The notes under the pieces were generated by a model. The model saw only the letters and a list, made by a program, of their open reading frames with translations. It ran no database searches and had not been told where the DNA came from. Positions 49,446 through 58,885 of a stretch of 64,000 bases of DNA are shown one piece after another; the first letter of the stretch is position 1, and each line of letters starts with the position of its first letter. The stretch is from a bacterium (GTDB lineage Bacteria > Patescibacteriota > Patescibacteriia > UBA2591 > MWDC01): the NCBI GenBank assembly GCA_021158435.1, contig JAGGUQ010000005.1, positions 527-64,526 of the forward strand. The letters run 5' to 3'. Position numbers and translations under genes: made by a program.

Positions 49446-50660
49446 TTATTTTATAATCTTAGTAATAACTCCTGCTCCTACAGTCTTTCCTCCTTCTCTA
49501 AAAGCAAATCTTTGCTGTTCTTCAATAGCAACTGGTTTAATAAGTTTAACTTTAACAACTAAGTTGTCACCAGGCATTGCCATTTCAGTACCCTCTGGCA
49601 AAGTAACCTCACCAGTAACGTCTGTAGTCCTTAAATAGACCTGTGGCTTGTATCCACTAAAGAAAGGAGTATGTCGGCCTCCTTCATCCTTAGATAAAAC
49701 ATACAATTTACCTTCAAATTCAGTATGAGGAGTAATGGATCCAGGTTTACAAATAACCTGACCCCTTTCAACTTCGTTCTTTTTAATTCCTCTTAAAAGA
49801 ATACCAGCATTATCACCTGCTCGACCTTCATCTAAGGATTTTCTAAACATTTCAATTCCAGTGACAACTGTTTTTTGAGTAGGTCTTAATCCAACAATTT
49901 CAACTTCGTCATTTAATTTAACAACTCCCCTTTCAATTCGTCCAGTAACAACAGTTCCTCTACCTTCAATAGAGAAAATGTCCTCAATTGGCATTAAAAA
50001 CGGCTTATCAATATCTCTTTCTGGCTCAGGAATGTAGGAATCTAAAGCATCAAGAAGCTTAAAAATTGGCCCGCAATTAGGACAATCTCTCTTTCCGCAA
50101 CCACATTCTAAAGCTTTTAAAGCAGACCCTTCAATAATTGGAATTTCGTCTCCAGGAAATTCATATTTTTTCAAAAGGTCTTTAATTTCTTCCTTAACTA
50201 ACTCAATCATTTCTTCCCTATCCTTTTCATCAAGAGCATCTATCTTATTTAAGAAGACAACCATTGCTGGTACTCCAACCTGACGAGCTAAAAGAATGTG
50301 CTCTCTTGTCTGAGGCATAGGACCATCAGGAGCAGAAACAACCAAAATAGCTCCATCCATCTGAGCTGCTCCAGTAATCATATTCTTGATGTAGTCAGCA
50401 TGACCAGGACAATCAATGTGAGCATAGTGTCTCTTGTCAGTCTCATACTCAACATGAGCTAAAGCAATAGTAATACCTCTTTGCTTTTCTTCTGGAGCGC
50501 TGTCAATTTGGTCAACAGATTTCTGGTCGGCCTTTTTACCAGCAGCAGCTAAACATTTTAAAATTGCTGCAGTTAAAGTAGTTTTTCCATGATCAACATG
50601 GCCAATTGTTCCAACATTAAGATGTGGTTTTTCTCTAACAAATTTTTCTTTTTCAGCCAT
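49446..50660 (-). CDS. tuf: Elongation factor Tu
   Basis: [34 protein letters not shown]. Confidence 0.99.
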   Translation of the reverse strand: MAEKEKFVREKPHLNVGTIGHVDHGKTTLTAAILKCLAAAGKKADQKSVDQIDSAPEEKQRGITIALAHVEYETDKRHYAHIDCPGHADYIKNMITGAAQMDGAILVVSAPDGPMPQTREHILLARQVGVPAMVVFLNKIDALDEKDREEMIELVKEEIKDLLKKYEFPGDEIPIIEGSALKALECGCGKRDCPNCGPIFKLLDALDSYIPEPERDIDKPFLMPIEDIFSIEGRGTVVTGRIERGVVKLNDEVEIVGLRPTQKTVVTGIEMFRKSLDEGRAGDNAGILLRGIKKNEVERGQVICKPGSITPHTEFEGKLYVLSKDEGGRHTPFFSGYKPQVYLRTTDVTGEVTLPEGTEMAMPGDNLVVKVKLIKPVAIEEQQRFAFREGGKTVGAGVITKIIK

Positions 50661-50759
50661 AAGAATTCATTTTATTAGAAAGATAAATTAAACTCTCCCT
50701 TTAAACAAATTAAATTATGAAACGACTTTTACATAAAGTAATATATAAAAAGTATAGAT

Positions 50760-52853
50760 TTATGTCAAGTTTTTTTCTTTAATAATTGCTTCAGCAATAT
50801 TAGAAGGAACAGGACTATAATGAGAAAGTTCCATTGTAAAACTTGCTCTTCCTTCAGTTAAAGATCTTAAAGCAGTCATATAACCAAACATTTCCCTTAA
50901 AGGAACAAACGCATCTATTACTTTTGATGGCCCCCTCTCTCCTGTTGATTGAATTTGGGCTTGCCTTGAATTCAAATCACCAATTACATCTCCTAAAAAC
51001 TTTTCTGGAGTAACTACCTCAACTTTCATAACTGGCTCAAGTAAAATAGGATTTGCTTTTTTCACTCCTTCTCTTAAAGCTCTAGTGGCAGCTATTTTAA
51101 AAGCAACTTCTGAAGAGTCAACTTCATGATAGGAACCATCAAAAAGGGTTGCCCTTATATCAACTACTGGATAACCAGCAATGACCCCTGACTCCATTGC
51201 TTCTTTAAGCCCTTTTTCAACTGCAGGAATGTATTCTTTTGGAATAACACCTCCTTTTATCTGGTCAACAAACTCAAACCCTTTACCTCTTTCTAATGGT
51301 TCAAATTTTAACCAACAATGACCATACTGACCTCTTCCACCTGATTGATGAATATATTTCCCCTCAACTTCAACAGGTTGAGTAATTGTCTCTTTATAGG
51401 CAACCTGAGGAGCTCCAGCTCTTACTTCTACTCCAAACTCTCTTTTCAAACGATCAATAATAATTTCCAAATGGAATTCTCCCATTCCTGAAATAATAAC
51501 TTCTCCTGTTTCTTCATCTGTCTTAAATTTAAAAGTCGGATCTTCTTCAGCAAATTTGCTTAAAGCTATACCCATTTTTTCTCTATCTGCTTTTGTTTTT
51601 GGTTCAATTGCCATTGAAATAACTGGATCTGGAAAAGTAATTGATTCTAAAAGAATTGGTTTATCTGGATCACAAAGAGTGTCACCAGTACTTGCTTGCT
51701 TTATCCCAATGATTGCTGCAATATCCCCACTGTGAATTTCTTCAATTGCTTCTCTTTTATTAGCATGCATCCTAACCAATCTTCCCACTCTTTCCTTAGC
51801 CCTAGTTCTAGGGTTGTAAGCATATGAACCTGCTTTAAGAACACCTGAATAAACTCTAATATAGCCAAGTCTTCCCATATAAGGATCAGTAGCTATTTTA
51901 AAAACTAAGCCAGCAAAAGGTTCTTCATCTCCTGTTTTTCTTTGTTCAGGCTCATTTGTTTCCGGGTTTTCACCTTGTACTGGAGGTATATCTATTGGTG
52001 AAGGTAAATAATAACAAATAGCGTCCAATAACAATTGGACACCTTTATTTTTCAAAGAAGACCCCACCAAAACTGGGATAATCCTTCCTTTAATAACTTC
52101 TTCTCTTAAAGCTTTCCTTATTTCTTCTGGAGTTATTTTTTCTCCTTCTAAATATTTATTCATTAAATCATCATGATTAACAACAATAGCTTCTATTAAC
52201 TCCTTTCTTCTTTCTTCTACTTCCTTAACTAAAGATTCAGGAATTGGCTCTTCTTTGATTTCCTTCCCTAAGTCATCTAAATAAACAAAGCTTTTCTCTT
52301 CAATCAAATCAATAACACCTTTAAACTGACTTTCTGCCCCAATAGGAAGTTGAATAGCAAAGGCTGATTTAGTTAATCTTTCTCTAATTGAATCAAAAGA
52401 TTTCTCAAAACTCGCTCCTAACCTATCCATTTTATTAACAAAAGCAATTAAAGGCACATGGAATTTTTGCGACTGATGAAAAACCGTTTCTGACTGAGGT
52501 TCTACCCCAGCTACTCCATCAAAAATAAGAACACCCCCATCAAGCACTCTCAAAGATCGCTGAACTTCTGCGGTAAAATCTATATGTCCAGGGGTGTCAA
52601 TAATGTTTATTTGATATTTCAAAGAACTATACCTTGGCTGCCAAAAACATGTAGTTGCAGCTGAAGTAATTGTAACCCCTCTTTCTCTTTCTTGGACCAT
52701 CCAGTCCATTTCAGCAGTACCTTCATGGACTTCTCCGATCTTATACTTTTTGCCAGTATAATACAAAATTCTTTCAGTTGTTGTTGTTTTTCCGGCATCA
52801 ATATGAGCAATGATACCAATATTTCTAATTTGTTCTAAAGGAAATTCCCTCAT
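50760..52853 (-). CDS. fusA: Elongation factor G
   Basis: [40 protein letters not shown]. Confidence 0.99.
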   Translation of the reverse strand: MREFPLEQIRNIGIIAHIDAGKTTTTERILYYTGKKYKIGEVHEGTAEMDWMVQERERGVTITSAATTCFWQPRYSSLKYQINIIDTPGHIDFTAEVQRSLRVLDGGVLIFDGVAGVEPQSETVFHQSQKFHVPLIAFVNKMDRLGASFEKSFDSIRERLTKSAFAIQLPIGAESQFKGVIDLIEEKSFVYLDDLGKEIKEEPIPESLVKEVEERRKELIEAIVVNHDDLMNKYLEGEKITPEEIRKALREEVIKGRIIPVLVGSSLKNKGVQLLLDAICYYLPSPIDIPPVQGENPETNEPEQRKTGDEEPFAGLVFKIATDPYMGRLGYIRVYSGVLKAGSYAYNPRTRAKERVGRLVRMHANKREAIEEIHSGDIAAIIGIKQASTGDTLCDPDKPILLESITFPDPVISMAIEPKTKADREKMGIALSKFAEEDPTFKFKTDEETGEVIISGMGEFHLEIIIDRLKREFGVEVRAGAPQVAYKETITQPVEVEGKYIHQSGGRGQYGHCWLKFEPLERGKGFEFVDQIKGGVIPKEYIPAVEKGLKEAMESGVIAGYPVVDIRATLFDGSYHEVDSSEVAFKIAATRALREGVKKANPILLEPVMKVEVVTPEKFLGDVIGDLNSRQAQIQSTGERGPSKVIDAFVPLREMFGYMTALRSLTEGRASFTMELSHYSPVPSNIAEAIIKEKNLT

Positions 52854-52875
52854 ATTATTGCTTCTTTAACTAGTA

Positions 52876-53346
52876 TTAACGACGGGCAAGATGTGCAAAA
52901 GCGCGATTAGCTTCAGCCATCTTGTAAACATTATCTCTTTTTGTAATAGCTGCTCCTTGACCTTTTGCTGCTTCTTGAAATTCATGAGCTAATTTTTCAG
53001 CCATTGGTTTACCTTTAGCTGATTTTGCTGCTTCAATAATCCAACGTGAAGCTAAATAAAACCTTCTTCTTTCTGAAGTTGGTGTTGGTATCTGATAGTT
53101 AGCTCCACCAATACGAGCAGATCTTAATTCTACTTTAGGGCCAACATTTTCAATAGCTTGATAAAATATTTTTAAAGGATCTTGGCCACTTGCTTCTTTA
53201 ATAATATCAAAAGCTCGATAAAGAATTTTCCTTGCTAAACTTTTCTTTCCTCTTCTCATCAAGTAATTAATAAACTTAGCTACCTTTTCATCATTGTAGC
53301 GTAAGTCAGGATCAATTTTTCTTGGTTTTGCTCTTTTTCCTCTCAT
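52876..53346 (-). CDS. rpsG: 30S ribosomal protein S7
   Basis: GKKSLA, RIGGANYQIP, MAEANRAFAH. Confidence 0.98.
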   Translation of the reverse strand: MRGKRAKPRKIDPDLRYNDEKVAKFINYLMRRGKKSLARKILYRAFDIIKEASGQDPLKIFYQAIENVGPKVELRSARIGGANYQIPTPTSERRRFYLASRWIIEAAKSAKGKPMAEKLAHEFQEAAKGQGAAITKRDNVYKMAEANRAFAHLARR

Positions 53347-53361
53347 AAATCAAAAATTAAG

Positions 53362-53814
53362 TTATTCTTCTTGCTTGCTCTCTTTTTTTGGGGCAGATGT
53401 TTTTTCTTTCTTTACCCCATAAAGACTTCGGGATGTTTTTCTGCCTTCTACTCCACTTGCATCATAAGCTCCTCGGACAATATGATAACGAACCCCTGGC
53501 AAATCCTTAACTCTTCCTCCTCTAACCAAAACAACTGAATATTCTTGAAGATTATGACCAATACCTGGAATATAAGCAGTAACCTCCATACCATTAGAAA
53601 GTCTTACTCGAGCAATTTTTCTTAAAGCAGAGTTTGGTTTCTTAGGGGTCATTGTAGTTACCTTCAAACACACCCCTCTTAAAAAAGGATTCCCTTTTGG
53701 TAAAGTTTTTCTTCTCCTTTCTCGAGCATTAAAAATATTCCGCAAAACAACTGCTTTTGGTTTTTTCTTTCTTAACTTCCTTCCTTTTTTTACTAATTGA
53801 TTTATTGTTGGCAT
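53362..53814 (-). CDS. rpsL: 30S ribosomal protein S12
   Basis: [30 protein letters not shown]. Confidence 0.99.
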   Translation of the reverse strand: MPTINQLVKKGRKLRKKKPKAVVLRNIFNARERRRKTLPKGNPFLRGVCLKVTTMTPKKPNSALRKIARVRLSNGMEVTAYIPGIGHNLQEYSVVLVRGGRVKDLPGVRYHIVRGAYDASGVEGRKTSRSLYGVKKEKTSAPKKESKQEE

Positions 53815-53921
53815 AATCTATTAAAATAAATTTTTATTAGCAAAAATATAATAAATTAAAATATAGTATTTAAAAAATATGTCAATATTTTTTTAGTTAA
53901 ATTAAACCAAAAAGTTTAAAA

Positions 53922-54566
53922 TCAATAAAAGTTGATTCCAAAAATTCTACTAATCAAAGATATAACCAGACCAAATAATGAACCAAAAATAGAAATAGGC
54001 ATTAATCTATCTAAAACAAGCAATCCTAACAAAATAAAAGGACCATTCCTCTCCATCTTATACACGATGTCTTCTCTATTTTTAGGCAAGACAGCATAAA
54101 GAATTTTTGAACCATCTAAAGGAGGAATAGGGATCAAATTAAAAACCATCAAAACAGCATTGATAATAACTAACCAAGACAAAAAAAGGATTAACAAACT
54201 GTTGGAAAAAAAATAATTTTTAACAAGAACAAAAATTAAACCAAAAATAATTATACTAAACAAGTTGAACAATGGGCCAGCTAAGGCAACAATAGCTGGA
54301 CCATACTTTTTATTTCTTAAATTAAAAGGGTTAAAAGGAACTGGTTTCCCCCAACCAAAACCAACTAAAAGGAAAAACAAAAAACCAAATAAATCAATGT
54401 GAGCTAAGGGGTTCAAAGTTAAACGGCCCATATTCTTAGCTGTAGGATCACCTAGAACATAAGCAGCAAAAGCATGCCCATACTCATGAACAGACAAAGC
54501 AAAAAGAATGGACAGAATAAAAATAAAAAAAATAATTGGCGATTGAATAAAAAGAGATAAAGCCAT
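53922..54566 (-). CDS. Site-2 protease (M50) family membrane metalloprotease
   Basis: HEYGH, GRLTLNPLAHID, GWGKPVP, AGPLFN, FNLIPIPPLDGS. Confidence 0.95.
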   Translation of the reverse strand: MALSLFIQSPIIFFIFILSILFALSVHEYGHAFAAYVLGDPTAKNMGRLTLNPLAHIDLFGFLFFLLVGFGWGKPVPFNPFNLRNKKYGPAIVALAGPLFNLFSIIIFGLIFVLVKNYFFSNSLLILFLSWLVIINAVLMVFNLIPIPPLDGSKILYAVLPKNREDIVYKMERNGPFILLGLLVLDRLMPISIFGSLFGLVISLISRIFGINFY

Positions 54567-54576
54567 AGTGCTTTAG

Positions 54577-54627
54577 ATTATAAACTAACAAAAAACACTT
54601 GTCAAGAAAAAATTTTTAGTATATAAT
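54577..54627. promoter_or_regulatory. Back-to-back divergent sigma70 promoters with overlapping -35 boxes
   Basis: Plus: TTGTCA (54599-604), 17 bp, TATAAT (54622-27), 6 nt before the rpmB ATG. Minus: TTGACA (54605-600), 17 bp, TATAAT, 10 nt before the protease ATG. Confidence 0.75.
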
Positions 54628-54633
54628 CAGCCT

Positions 54634-54819
54634 ATGGCAAGAAAATGTGACATCTGCAAAAAACAACCACGAACAGCTCAAAGAAGGAGCCACTCTAACA
54701 AGGCCACCCGCCGTTGGCAACATTTAAATTTACAAACAAAAAGAATTAACGGCAAAAAAATAAAAATTTGTGCCAGATGCCTAAAAACACTAAAAAGGAA
54801 AGTGCTTATTAAAGTTTAG
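54634..54819 (+). CDS. rpmB: 50S ribosomal protein L28
   Basis: MARKCDIC, RSHSN.ATRRW..NLQ, ICARCLKTL. Confidence 0.95.
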   Translation: MARKCDICKKQPRTAQRRSHSNKATRRWQHLNLQTKRINGKKIKICARCLKTLKRKVLIKV

Positions 54820-54823
54820 CTTA

Positions 54824-54900
54824 CGGGCTGTGGCACAGTTGGTTAGCGCACTCGCCTGGGGGGCGAGAGGTCGCCGGTTCGAGTCCGGCCAGCCCGACCA
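54824..54900 (+). tRNA. tRNA-Pro(GGG)
   Basis: Acceptor CGGGCTG/CAGCCCG, anticodon arm CTCGC-CTGGGGG-GCGAG, T arm GCCGG-TTCGAGT-CCGGC, encoded ACCA; one D-stem mismatch. Confidence 0.96.
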
Positions 54901-55010
54901 GACGTAGCGTTCATCACTTTCTTCCTTCCTCTAAACTCCAAACTTTGAGCCTAACAAAAAAGTTCTTAGTCCTGTACAGATAAAATGGCAAGATTTTTTA
55001 TCTTGACACA

Positions 55011-55041
55011 AGGCGCCAACACAAAGTTGACGCTTTTTTTT
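55011..55041 (+). terminator. Intrinsic terminator after rpmB-tRNA-Pro
   Basis: AGGCGCCAAC-ACAAA-GTTGACGCTT followed by a T run. Confidence 0.65.
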
Positions 55042-55089
55042 CTTATAAGCAAAAATTTCAAAACAACACCATAATTCCAAAGGCCCATA

Positions 55090-55160
55090 TTCCCGGAGCC
55101 ATCCCGGAGGTAGTCTCCGGAGGCAGCCTCCGGAGGCAGCCTCCGGGAAAGGTCGGGGAA
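55090..55160. repeat. GC-rich CTCCGGAG array, copy 4
   Basis: TCCCGGAG-CCA-TCCCGGAG-GTAGT-CTCCGGAG-GCAGC-CTCCGGAG-GCAGC-CTCCGGGA, 13-bp period. Confidence 0.92.
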
Positions 55161-55247
55161 AAAACTCCAATTACTGGCGTCATTGAACCTTTTTTGAATA
55201 AAATCCGCAAGCAAGTTTTGAATAATCCTGAAAGGGCCTTACTCTTA

Positions 55248-55952
55248 TTATCTTCCCGCCAAATAAACGTTTTTTAGTTTCTCGTCGCTTAAAACCTCTT
55301 TTCCACCCTTCAGGACAATCTTGCCGCCTTCTAAAATATAAGTCCTGTGAGCAATTTCTGCTGCTTTCTTAACATTTTGCTCAACAATAATTATTGATAT
55401 GCCTTGTTTATTAATTTCTTTTATCTTTTCAAAAATTTCTTTCATTACTTTTGGTGCTAGCCCTAAAGAGGGTTCATCTAAAAGAAGTAATTCTGGGTCC
55501 TGAATTAGCGCTCTTGCTATAGCCAACATTTGTTGTTGGCCTCCGGACAAAGTAAAAGCTCTATCATTCTGCTTTTGTTTCAAAACCGGAAATTTTTCAA
55601 AAACGTCTTCCAAGTTTCTTTTAAATAACTTATGGTCTTTCATTATAAAAGCCCCCATTTCCAAATTTTCCCGGACAGTCAACGTGGGAAATATCTGCCT
55701 TCCTTGGGGAACATAAGAAATTCCTTCATAAATCAGGTAATAAGTGGGAAGATTTGTAATATCTTTATTCTTATATTCAATAGTTCCATTATAAATCTCA
55801 CATAAGTTAAAAATACTCTTTAATAGAGTTGATTTCCCAGCTCCATTGGGCCCGATCAAAGCCACAATTTCCGCTGGCTTTACTTCTAAGTCAACCCCAT
55901 GCAATATCTCCATTCCATTGTAGCCAGACTTTAGATTTTGGATATTGAGCAT
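55248..55952 (-). CDS. livF: Branched-chain amino-acid ABC transporter ATPase LivF
   Basis: GPNGAGKST, YVPQGR.IF..LTV.ENL.MG, LSGGQQQMLAIAR, LLDEPSLGLAP, VEQN. Confidence 0.93.
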   Translation of the reverse strand: MLNIQNLKSGYNGMEILHGVDLEVKPAEIVALIGPNGAGKSTLLKSIFNLCEIYNGTIEYKNKDITNLPTYYLIYEGISYVPQGRQIFPTLTVRENLEMGAFIMKDHKLFKRNLEDVFEKFPVLKQKQNDRAFTLSGGQQQMLAIARALIQDPELLLLDEPSLGLAPKVMKEIFEKIKEINKQGISIIIVEQNVKKAAEIAHRTYILEGGKIVLKGGKEVLSDEKLKNVYLAGR

Positions 55953-56518
55953 ACAATTGGTCTTAAATATTTATTAAGCCGGGTATAATCCACTCTTTTT
56001 AAATAAGTTTTTAACCTTTTTTTATTCAAGCCCTCTAAATTCATCTCCTCTATATCAAATTTAGCATAACCATTTAATGAAAGATAAGCCTGATCTAAAA
56101 GGGCTTTCTCAGGAGTCGCGACTAAATAATTAGCTTCTTTTTTATACCCCCAAAACATTCTCTCTTGTAAATGATGGTAAATCAAATTCCTCTGACTTGT
56201 TTTTATAGTTTTACTTCTATTTATAGTAGCCAAGGTCAAATGAATAGGCTTTTGGCTCATTATATTATAATAACTTAACGCCCATTCAAAAGAAAGATAA
56301 CTTGGATAATAAATTTCTACAGCTAAACTCTGCCAATCAACTTTATTAATGTTAATAGTATAAACCCCTCTGGTAATTCTAATTAACTTCTTATCTTTTA
56401 CCAACCGATTGAGAGCTACTTTTAAACTTTTATCACTAAGATTGGTAATCTTTTTTATGTCAGCAAAATAAAAATAGGTTTTGGGAATAGATTTAATTCT
56501 TTCTGCTAATTTTTTCAT
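55931..56518 (-). CDS. abiEi: AbiEi-like type IV TA antitoxin
   Basis: wHTH LNRLVK..LIRITRGVY, PSYLSFEWAL, ATPEKALLD. Confidence 0.82.
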   Translation of the reverse strand: MKKLAERIKSIPKTYFYFADIKKITNLSDKSLKVALNRLVKDKKLIRITRGVYTININKVDWQSLAVEIYYPSYLSFEWALSYYNIMSQKPIHLTLATINRSKTIKTSQRNLIYHHLQERMFWGYKKEANYLVATPEKALLDQAYLSLNGYAKFDIEEMNLEGLNKKRLKTYLKRVDYTRLNKYLRPIVCSISKI

Positions 56519-57185
56519 ATAATTGTTGAATTACTGGATAATATTCTTTAGGTAAAAATACTTGTAATTCGTTCCTAAACTCTCGCTCAGAGTATTTTGG
56601 CATCTTCTCTGGCAAAACAAAATTTTCTCTTAACAACCTAGAAATATACCATAAGTCGAAAACATCTCTTGCTTTTTTTCTTTTACTTAAACTTTCTTGC
56701 TTTAGTTTTTTTAATTCTGTGATAGTTGGGACTAAAAGCAATGGCTCTAAGGCACTAACTGGGCTTTTAATTAAAGATAATTCCTTGTCTAATTTTATTC
56801 TCTTATTTGGTTTATGAATTTCTACTTTTATAGAAAATGCGTGTTTTAACTTATTGTCCTTGATTAAAAATAAAGCAAACATTGTCTTTCTTTTATCCTT
56901 AGCATCTTTCAGTTGCCAATTTTGGTTATCTTTAACTGTTTGTTTAACCAAATCTCTAAAATCCGAAAAATTTATTTTCTTTATTTGAATCAAGTCTATA
57001 TCTTCTGAAAAACGGGGTGAACCATAAACCAGCCGCAAAGCTGTTCCTCCATAGAAAATAAGCTTAGAGGAAATTTTATGCTTAGCTAGCGCATTTAAAA
57101 AAATCACTTCTGCTTCTTCCTGTAAAATTCTATCTGCTGATATTTTTATTTTTTCAACCAAATTGTTTAATGTTTCAATATCCAT
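56493..57185 (-). CDS. abiEii: AbiEii/AbiGii nucleotidyltransferase toxin
   Basis: FYGGTALR, RFSEDIDL, K..RKKARDVFDLW. Confidence 0.86.
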   Translation of the reverse strand: MDIETLNNLVEKIKISADRILQEEAEVIFLNALAKHKISSKLIFYGGTALRLVYGSPRFSEDIDLIQIKKINFSDFRDLVKQTVKDNQNWQLKDAKDKRKTMFALFLIKDNKLKHAFSIKVEIHKPNKRIKLDKELSLIKSPVSALEPLLLVPTITELKKLKQESLSKRKKARDVFDLWYISRLLRENFVLPEKMPKYSEREFRNELQVFLPKEYYPVIQQLYEKISRKN

Positions 57186-57194
57186 AGATGCGTA

Positions 57195-57247
57195 AAAGTT
57201 AACAATTTTGTTAACTTTATTGTATCATTAATCTAAACCCAAGTCAA
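57195..57247 (-). promoter_or_regulatory. AbiE-2 promoter and inverted-repeat operator
   Basis: Minus strand TTGACT (57247-42), 17 bp, TACAAT (57224-19) with extended TG; IR AAAGTTAACAA-TT-TTGTTAACTTT at 57195-57218. Confidence 0.72.
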
Positions 57248-57305
57248 CTCCATGCAATATCTCCATTCCATTGTAGCCAGACTTTAGATTTTTTACTGTA
57301 AGCAT
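57228..57305 (-). pseudogene. Orphan 5' stub of livF (MLTVKNLKSGYNGMEILHGVDL-GLD*)
   Basis: 57241-57292 matches 55888-55939 at 51/52 nt. Confidence 0.9.
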
Positions 57306-57376
57306 AAAAATCAAATTTAAGATTCAAGATTAAAGACTTAAAATTATCAGATAATTATATCATATTTTCCCAAACT

Positions 57377-57401
57377 AAAAAGCCGGCTTCACCGGCCTTT
57401 T
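57377..57401 (-). terminator. Intrinsic terminator after the binding-protein array
   Basis: Minus strand GCCGG-TGAAG-CCGGC-TTTTT. Confidence 0.7.
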
Positions 57402-57428
57402 GGTAGTGCAACCTTTCATCTCTCAACT

Positions 57429-57461
57429 TTACTCTTCGTATGCCACAAATTTGCCGTTTTT
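57429..57461 (-). pseudogene. Probable C-terminal remnant of a LivK-type binding protein (KNGKFVAYEE*)
   Basis: Shares NGKF with the C-terminus of 58886..60055; no start codon; lies just before the terminator. Confidence 0.5.
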
Positions 57462-57473
57462 AGAACTTCATTT

Positions 57474-57569
57474 TTACTCAATTACTTCTGGTCTTCCATT
57501 GATGATTTTCTTTACAACATACCCCAAACCTACAACATCTCCATTTTTATCAAAACGGTATTTACCGAT
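57474..57569 (-). pseudogene. C-terminal remnant of a LivK-type binding protein (IGKYRFDKNGDVVGLGYVVKKIINGRPEVIE*)
   Basis: 24/31 aa identical to the C-terminus of 57632..58699, with many synonymous differences. Confidence 0.88.
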
Positions 57570-57631
57570 AATTAATCTATTTTCACCATACGGCACAAAG
57601 ACCTCTTTGGCCTTCTTAGAAAATATGGATT

Positions 57632-58720
57632 CTATTCAATTAACTCTGGTTTCCCGTTAATAATTTTTTTAATTGCAAATCCTATTCCTACTACATCTCC
57701 ATTACTATCAAATCTATATTTTCCTATCACTCCATCATATTCTTCTAATCCATACAAGTAATCTCTAATACATTCAGTATTTTCTCCACACTTTTTTAAA
57801 GCATCCGCTATTATATAAACTCTATCGTAGCTTGCTCCAGCATCCCAATCACTAGCAGGTTGCCCATATCGAGCAGTGTATTTATCCACGAAAATCTTAG
57901 CTTTAGGATTTTTTAAATCCAACACAGGAACATCTTCGAATATTATCCCTTCAGCTGCGGACCCGGCTGATTTTAAAGCATCTTCCCCACTAAAAACCCA
58001 TGTGCTAAGAATTGGCACATCAATTTTCATTTCTCTAATCTGTTTTGCCGCTAACCCTCCAGTTATACCTGAATAAGCGCCTAGAAATATTAGGTCTGGA
58101 TTGCTCGCTTTTATTTTTATTAATTGAGTCCTGTAATCCTTTTCTCCCAGTCCAAAAAGCTCATCGCTTACTATTTTCCCTCTTAATTGTTCAAATTTTT
58201 CTTTAAAAACATCTCTTAATCCGATTGTGACATCTGAACTTTCTGCCAAAATTGCCGCTTTTCTGTGTCCCCTGTCGAAAGCTAATTGAGCTAAAAACCT
58301 GCCAGCATCGTCGTCTCTAGGGCCATTTCTAAAAACAAAATCTCCTGCCTCTGAAATAGCAGGATTAGACGCATAAGAGCTAAATAAAATTACTTTATTC
58401 CTTTCTGCAATCGGTGCCATAGCTAACGTTTCAGCACTAGTCGTTCCACCTAAAACTACTTTTACCCCATCAATATTTATTAATTTCTGAATAGCTGTTA
58501 CTGCAGCCTGAGCTTCACCCTTCCCATCTTCAGGAATTAATTCTAGTTGTCTTCCATTTATTCCACCATCATTGTTTATTTCCTCAACTGCAAGTTCAAT
58601 AGCGTTTAATTCGCTCTGGCCATAATTAGCAGCATCACCACTTAAAGTTCCTACAAAACCAATCTTTATAACCTCTTCTTCAGCAGGCTTTCTACTCACC
58701 CCCCACTAAATTCCAGCAAT
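57632..58720 (-). pseudogene. LivK/LivJ-type substrate-binding protein gene lacking its start and membrane anchor
   Basis: Body intact (KIGFVGTLSG, EDGK, FVFRNGP, DYRTQL, FDSNGD). Upstream frame reads IAGI*WG (TAG at 58708-06) and runs directly into the GC-rich array. Could only start at GTG 58699, without a signal anchor. Confidence 0.8.
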
Positions 58721-58790
58721 CCGGAGGCTGCCTATTTCCGGAGGCTGCCTCCGGGATGACTCCGGGATAACCTCCAGGATGAATCTGGAA
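58720..58790. repeat. GC-rich CTCCGGAG array, copy 5 (at a duplication breakpoint)
   Basis: TCCGGAG-GCTGC-CTATT-TCCGGAG-GCTGC-CTCCGGGA-TGA-CTCCGGGA-TAAC-CTCCAGGA. Confidence 0.9.
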
Positions 58791-58885
58791 TTTCTAACCC
58801 TATTCCGTGCAAAATTCCCATTCCATAAAAATTCATGAAAACTTTAGTTCTTTGAAAACCTTTACGGATAAAATTATATTTTGTT

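Noticed and set aside
54931-55214. ORFs 54931..55170 and 54966..55214
   Set aside because: They are open frames created by the stop-free GC-rich array (LRRLPP / PEAASG), cross the tRNA terminator and show no protein family signal.
57400-57660. 86-aa plus-strand ORF
   Set aside because: It is the antisense shadow of the binding-protein remnants on the minus strand.
57474-57730. Remnant and adjacent binding-protein tail as a DGR template/variable repeat pair
   Set aside because: Differences are mostly synonymous third-position changes involving all bases, not adenine-specific, and no reverse transcriptase is in the window.
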